DNA of 64,000 bases, taken from contig LFCQ01000002.1 of the NCBI GenBank assembly GCA_001189195.1, positions 4,997 to 68,996 of the forward strand, given 5' to 3'. The position numbers were made by a program, and so were the translations under genes. The DNA comes from Parcubacteria bacterium C7867-007 (GTDB lineage: Bacteria > Patescibacteriota > Minisyncoccia > Phycocordibacterales > Phycocordibacteraceae). This document shows positions 59,584 to 64,000 of the stretch, piece by piece; position 1 is the first letter of the stretch; the number at the start of each line of letters is the position of its first letter. The notes under the pieces were generated by a model. That model did not search any database and was not told the origin of the DNA. It saw nothing but the letters and a program-made list of their open reading frames with translations.

Positions 59584-60684
59584 ATGATTATCAATATAGA
59601 AAAAAAGGAGTTCTCGGAAGCAGTCAGTAGAGTGTCTCGATTTGCTGAGAGGAAATCAGCAACACTACCGGTACTCGCAGGTATCGCTATTGTTGCAGGG
59701 GATGATGGAATCAAACTTCGTGCAACAAACCTTGAGACCGGTATTGATTTCAAGATGGGTGGAACTATAGAGCAGCCAGGGGTGGTGGCTCTTCCTGCTA
59801 TTACTCTTCGTGAGATAACGAGCTCATTCTCTGGAACCGGAACTATTAAACTCGAGCATACAGGAGATACGGTCCTTATCTCCTCCTCTGCAGGGCGCAG
59901 TACGCTTAAGACACTGGCATACGAAGATTTCCCCACACTTCCATTCCCTGAAGCTCCTACGGCTAAATTCACGCTTCCAGGAGTATCTATCCGTACACTA
60001 GTACTCACAGTTGCTGGTTGTGCATCACCCTCAACTGTTCGTCCTGAGCTCGCTAGCGTACTCCTTTCTGCAGAAGGCGGCATTGTGAAGGCTGTTGCCA
60101 CAGACTCCTTCCGTCTAGCAGAGAAGAAAATCTCAGTAACAGGCTCTGTGGCACCGTTTTCTATACTTATTCCTGCAAAGAATGCGATCGATATCGTACA
60201 AACACTTCCTGATACCGATGTGGATGTTCTTATTGACGAACACCAGTGTGCATTCTCTTGGCCTGGAGGTATTGTTACAACTCGTCTCGTAACGGTCCCA
60301 TACCCTGACTACACACAGATAATTCCAAAGCAGTTTGTTTCTGAAGCTACTCTTCTCCGAAAGGACTTTGAGGCAGTACTTCGTCGTACGGCAATCTTCT
60401 CAGATTCATTCCAGAAGATTCGTGTTGGATTCTCTACAACAGAGAAAAAGATTGCATTCTCTGCCCGCAACAGTGATGTTGGAGAATCTTCTGAAAATGT
60501 CCCTGCCTCTATTTCTGGTGAAGCAATTGAACTATCGTTTAATCACCGTTATCTAGCTGCACCCCTATCACTTATTAGTTCAGAAAACCTTTCACTTTCA
60601 GCAGCAGGTATTGGACGTCCACTCATTATTAAAGGAATTGGAGATAATACATTCCTGTATCTTGTGATGCCAATGAATCAGTAG
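59584..60684 (+). CDS. dnaN: DNA polymerase III beta clamp
   Basis: ATNLE, VATDSFRL, YPDY, FN-x-RYL, YLVMPM. Confidence 0.97.
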   Translation: MIINIEKKEFSEAVSRVSRFAERKSATLPVLAGIAIVAGDDGIKLRATNLETGIDFKMGGTIEQPGVVALPAITLREITSSFSGTGTIKLEHTGDTVLISSSAGRSTLKTLAYEDFPTLPFPEAPTAKFTLPGVSIRTLVLTVAGCASPSTVRPELASVLLSAEGGIVKAVATDSFRLAEKKISVTGSVAPFSILIPAKNAIDIVQTLPDTDVDVLIDEHQCAFSWPGGIVTTRLVTVPYPDYTQIIPKQFVSEATLLRKDFEAVLRRTAIFSDSFQKIRVGFSTTEKKIAFSARNSDVGESSENVPASISGEAIELSFNHRYLAAPLSLISSENLSLSAAGIGRPLIIKGIGDNTFLYLVMPMNQ

Positions 60685-60726
60685 GCGTAGCTGAGATGAT
60701 ATTGAACTTCCAGTAGCAAAATAGAC

Positions 60727-61176
60727 TTATTTGTTTGTAATAAAATCAATAATCCAGAGCAAAAGGGAATACCCCAATGGGAATGTAGGAAGTACAATCA
60801 GTAAGAAATTTTCAGTTCTACTCAGTTTAGTAACAACTGGAGGTTTAACACGGTAGCGGATATAGCCGATAAAAATAGAAATAAAACCAACTACTAGAGC
60901 TATTCCTAATGCGCCAATAAAATAGATTGCTAGAGCGAAGTTTGTACTACTCCCCGCACCACCAGTTGCCGATGCGCAGTAATTATTTAAGCCGCACTCA
61001 AGAAGCATACGTACATCACCAACACTAAGTGCAACTAACACAACAGCGATGACAGAAAACATCCCAGTAAAAATAGCTGCTCCGAAAGCTGATCCACCTA
61101 TTTTCCATCCAATCTGATGCGTAAAGTAGAGAGCGACAAACGAAATAATTACAAAGCTTAGTACAGTGACTATCAT
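60727..61176 (-). CDS. 4-TM hypothetical protein (probable cassette gene)
   Basis: AT-rich, hydrophobic; TGG-TATCTT 6 nt before ATG. Confidence 0.72.
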   Translation of the reverse strand: MIVTVLSFVIISFVALYFTHQIGWKIGGSAFGAAIFTGMFSVIAVVLVALSVGDVRMLLECGLNNYCASATGGAGSSTNFALAIYFIGALGIALVVGFISIFIGYIRYRVKPPVVTKLSRTENFLLIVLPTFPLGYSLLLWIIDFITNK

Positions 61177-61197
61177 GTAATAAAGATACCACTACTA

Positions 61198-61224
61198 CTG
61201 GCAGACTGAATTGAAGTTGGAACC
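61198..61224 (+). repeat. Cassette-boundary site, diverged internal type
   Basis: CTGGCAGACTGAATTGAAGTTGGAACC then TTTCT; same length, both ends conserved. Confidence 0.8.
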
Positions 61225-61275
61225 TTTCTGCAACATGTGGTAGTTTTCGTCCAGAATCGGTAATCGGAGGCTATT

Positions 61276-61551
61276 ATGGCACAACGCAAGAAGAAGTTAC
61301 TCGCTGAAAAAGTGGTTCCGGCGTATTCGGCCCAGTTGTACTCTTCGACTGAAGGAAGACAATTCTTCCCTGACATTCTGCAGGATGCTTTCGGCGAGAA
61401 AACCATCACCGGCTTTCATCGCTATGAACGTGTTCTTGGTGCACTCATTCCTATGGAGGCCCTATTAATGCTCGCTGGGTGCGACCAAGAGATTGATGAG
61501 GGTATGAAGCTTCGTATTAAAAACGCAGCTCGAAACCTCCTTTATTCATAG
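61276..61551 (+). CDS. Hypothetical protein (cassette gene)
   Basis: GGAGG SD; terminator AAACCGC..GCGGTTT with T tract at ~61574-61609. Confidence 0.75.
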   Translation: MAQRKKKLLAEKVVPAYSAQLYSSTEGRQFFPDILQDAFGEKTITGFHRYERVLGALIPMEALLMLAGCDQEIDEGMKLRIKNAARNLLYS

Positions 61552-61613
61552 CCATGTCTCGATCAAGTTTTTTAAACCGCCCACTCATCCGAGTGAGCGG
61601 TTTCTTTTTATTG

Positions 61614-61640
61614 TTAACAGCTTGGGACGATGTTGGAACC
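61614..61640 (+). repeat. Cassette-boundary site, internal type
   Basis: TTAACAGCTTGGGACGATGTTGGAACC; last 18 nt match consensus exactly. Confidence 0.88.
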
Positions 61641-61647
61641 GTTATAT

Positions 61648-61938
61648 TCAACTAAGTACCAAAAGAATCTCACTCACCCCTATGCCGATACAGATAGATC
61701 CCAAACCGATTAATACGTAGGATGAACTTTTAAAGCCTGGAATCAGTACCAGTATCTGACCAAGTTTAAATCGCTCGGACCAGATCTGAGTTAAGCCTAA
61801 AAAGACGGAGAATATACCCAAAACTCCAAATAGTAAGCCACCTTGAACGGATTGTTCATAGGGTCCATATATCGTTGCGGCTACTCCACATAAAAAACAA
61901 AAGGCGGAAACTATTGCAACGATTGTGACGCGGTTCAT
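61648..61938 (-). CDS. Small 3-TM hypothetical protein (cassette gene)
   Basis: 96 aa, hydrophobic; TGA-TACAGT 6 nt before ATG. Confidence 0.75.
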   Translation of the reverse strand: MNRVTIVAIVSAFCFLCGVAATIYGPYEQSVQGGLLFGVLGIFSVFLGLTQIWSERFKLGQILVLIPGFKSSSYVLIGLGSICIGIGVSEILLVLS

Positions 61939-61974
61939 CGCTCTACTGTATCAGCAAATCTTAAGATACTTTTG

Positions 61975-62001
61975 CTGGCAGTCTGGGACGATGATGGAAC
62001 C
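61975..62001 (+). repeat. Cassette-boundary site, internal type
   Basis: CTGGCAGTCTGGGACGATGATGGAACC, 26/27 to consensus. Confidence 0.92.
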
Positions 62002-62046
62002 AAATTAAAATCTTGGGCGACTACGTTTTAGTAGCCGCCCGAGTGA

Positions 62047-62349
62047 TTAGGTTATCGTTGTGGCTCGATTCGCCGCAACAAACTTTAGAAACTTCTTCCT
62101 TCTTGCAGGTGGCACCCCTTTCGGTGTTGCTACGATACAGCCCCACTTTTGGCGACTCAGTACGTGAAAGGGGCGGTATTGAGATTCTGGAAAGGCTTGG
62201 TTGTAGATCTTCCGTAAAACCGAGTCGCTTGGAAGAGTCAGGTTGAAGATGTTGTCTTTACGACGCAAACTCCAGCGGGAAACATTTTTCTTATCTCTGT
62301 CCCAATGCAACCAGCCATATTTCATCTCAAGAATAGGTTCAATAGCCAT
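62047..62349 (-). CDS. Basic hypothetical protein (probable cassette gene)
   Basis: Longest ORF between sites 61975 and 62406; GGAG upstream. Confidence 0.55.
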   Translation of the reverse strand: MAIEPILEMKYGWLHWDRDKKNVSRWSLRRKDNIFNLTLPSDSVLRKIYNQAFPESQYRPFHVLSRQKWGCIVATPKGVPPARRKKFLKFVAANRATTIT

Positions 62350-62405
62350 GTATGCATCTCCTCTTTCTACAGAAGACTATTATTCATATGTTGAGTTTGT
62401 GCAAG

Positions 62406-62428
62406 CTGAAAGACTAGCGATCGAACTT
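62406..62428 (+). repeat. Cassette-array terminal site, diverged
   Basis: CTGAAAGACTAGCGATCGAACTT, 19/23 to CTGGCAGACTAGGGATCGAACCT. Confidence 0.78.
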
Positions 62429-62454
62429 TTTAATCAAGGCTATATACTTTACCT

Positions 62455-62706
62455 ATGAAAAGCCTTGCAGACCTACTTCTCAACCACAAGGTACCTGGTG
62501 TACGGGATGCCCAAATACGCCATGCGATTGCTGAAGAACTAACACAGTTACTACAAGTCCCCATTGAACCAAGGCAGGTTAAGTATAAGGATGCAGATTT
62601 GGTACTCGCAGTACCACCAATAATTAAGTCTGTTGTGAAGCTGCGAACACAGGAAATAATTGAAGTGCTGCAGAAGCGAGATATACGTATAGCAACAATA
62701 AAATAA
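62455..62706 (+). CDS. Small protein, possibly DciA/DUF721-like
   Basis: Size, L-x-L-x-VPP-x-IKS-x-x-KL-x-x-x-EII pattern and position after dnaN. Confidence 0.5.
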   Translation: MKSLADLLLNHKVPGVRDAQIRHAIAEELTQLLQVPIEPRQVKYKDADLVLAVPPIIKSVVKLRTQEIIEVLQKRDIRIATIK

Positions 62707-62731
62707 GAGCCGGAACAATCCGGCTCTTATT
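62702..62731. terminator. Bidirectional terminator
   Basis: AATAAGAGCCGGA-ACAA-TCCGGCTCTTATT. Confidence 0.85.
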
Positions 62732-62734
62732 TAC

Positions 62735-64000
62735 CTACTGTCCTCCAATATTCGTTCCATCAATTCCTATCGTTGGACTTGAAGTACCAACTTGTTGAGT
62801 GGGGGCAAGTTGTGCACCGCCCGCTACCCAGTTACCGATAGGGTATTCCCAATACACATACTGCGGGTCTCCCACAGAACTTCCTCCACCCATCGGGTTG
62901 TTCTTGTTCACCCAGTAGAGGATATCGTGCATGGAGGTACCGTCTGTGTAGATACCACGAAGTGCTGCAGGTGCACTATCCGGAATAGCAGGTGGTTCAG
63001 GGAATACTTCGTTTGGATACTTATTAAGCGCAAACTCCATAACCTCGTGCCACATTGGCGCAACGATGAATCCAGCGATCTCTCGTGCCATAGGGGAGTT
63101 GTCGTTATTTCCTGCCCACACACCAATTGCTATCGTTGGTGAATACCCAACGGTCCACACGTCACGCGATTCATTTGTGGTACCTGTCTTTGCTGCCACA
63201 TCATACCCTGGGAAGGTGAATGGATTCACAGGTGGATATTCAGGCTGACGTGCTTCGTTGTTTGAAAGCATGGAAGAAATTCCACGTGCAACCTCAGCAG
63301 ATATTGCTTGCTTAGGTTCAGATTTGTACTCCTCTAACGTCTTGCCGGTTTTGTCGGTGATACGCAGGATGCCGGTTGGAGTATTAAGTTTTCCATCATT
63401 TGCAAACGCACCATATGCACCCACAAGATCAAGAAGACGTACCTCTGCAGCACCAAGTGCAAGTGAGAGGCCATAGTCACTTGGTTTTCCGAGAGTGGTA
63501 ATACCCATATCCTTTGCGAGGGTGAGTACATTCGGAAGACCTGCTAGATACATTGCTTTCACTGCAGGTACATTGATTGATTGTGCGATTGCGGTGGTGA
63601 AGGTCATTGGACCACGGAACTTCCCATCATAGTTACCAGGTGAGTAGCATGGTGCCTCTCCATTGAAGTTATCTGATGGTGCACAACTCGTTGAGAATTG
63701 AGTGGGGAGGTCAAAGACCGTGGTGAGGGGAGTGTACCCCTTCTGAAGTGCTGCGGCGTATACGAATGGCTTAAACGAAGACCCCGGCTGACGCTCCGCA
63801 AGTGCGATGTTGTAGTTACCATCGATATTCTTATCGAAGTAATCACGTGAACCAACCATTGATAGAATCTGTCCAGTCTTTGGATCAATAGCTACGAGTG
63901 CTGCATTACTTGCTTTAAACCGCTTCTCATTCTGAAGCGCATACTGGTTAACAATAGTTTCTGCTTGATGCTGAAGGTCTGCATCGATTGTGGTGAGAAC
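62735..64000 (-). CDS. Class A penicillin-binding protein, transpeptidase part (5' end outside window)
   Basis: RQPGSSFKP (SxxK), SIN, KTGT; frame open to the window edge. Confidence 0.93.
   Translation of the reverse strand, partial: VLTTIDADLQHQAETIVNQYALQNEKRFKASNAALVAIDPKTGQILSMVGSRDYFDKNIDGNYNIALAERQPGSSFKPFVYAAALQKGYTPLTTVFDLPTQFSTSCAPSDNFNGEAPCYSPGNYDGKFRGPMTFTTAIAQSINVPAVKAMYLAGLPNVLTLAKDMGITTLGKPSDYGLSLALGAAEVRLLDLVGAYGAFANDGKLNTPTGILRITDKTGKTLEEYKSEPKQAISAEVARGISSMLSNNEARQPEYPPVNPFTFPGYDVAAKTGTTNESRDVWTVGYSPTIAIGVWAGNNDNSPMAREIAGFIVAPMWHEVMEFALNKYPNEVFPEPPAIPDSAPAALRGIYTDGTSMHDILYWVNKNNPMGGGSSVGDPQYVYWEYPIGNWVAGGAQLAPTQQVGTSSPTIGIDGTNIGGQ

Overview
Origin-proximal chromosomal segment of a reduced-genome bacterium, most likely Patescibacteria/CPR (Parcubacteria-like; inferred from gene content, not from a search). 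It contains the yidC-rnpA-rpmH-dnaA-dnaN block with DnaA boxes, a six-site parS cluster, four tRNAs, split ComEC, type IV pilus genes, a VirB4/PrgI/VirB6-like secretion cluster, and housekeeping genes (recJ, rnhA, pgk, tpiA, nusA, ppa, clpP, rny, rarA, cca, xth, xer, rpsO, pcrA, rsmA, PBP). The most striking unexplained structure is a family of short co-oriented sites at three unlinked loci (~14.2-14.6, 28.0-29.7 and 60.7-62.4 kb). A 27-bp site, CTGGCAGTCTGGGACGATGTTGGAACC, separates single small accessory genes. Each array is closed on the right by a related site, CTGGCAGACTAGGGATCGAACCT, which on the minus strand mimics the 3' half of a tRNA-Gln. This looks like an integron-like, recombinase-free gene-cassette accretion system. 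Other oddities are a hup/rarA tail-to-tail fusion, pervasive leaderless promoter architecture, and a putative ncRNA/regulatory region next to parS. All product calls come from motif recognition by eye; no searches were run.
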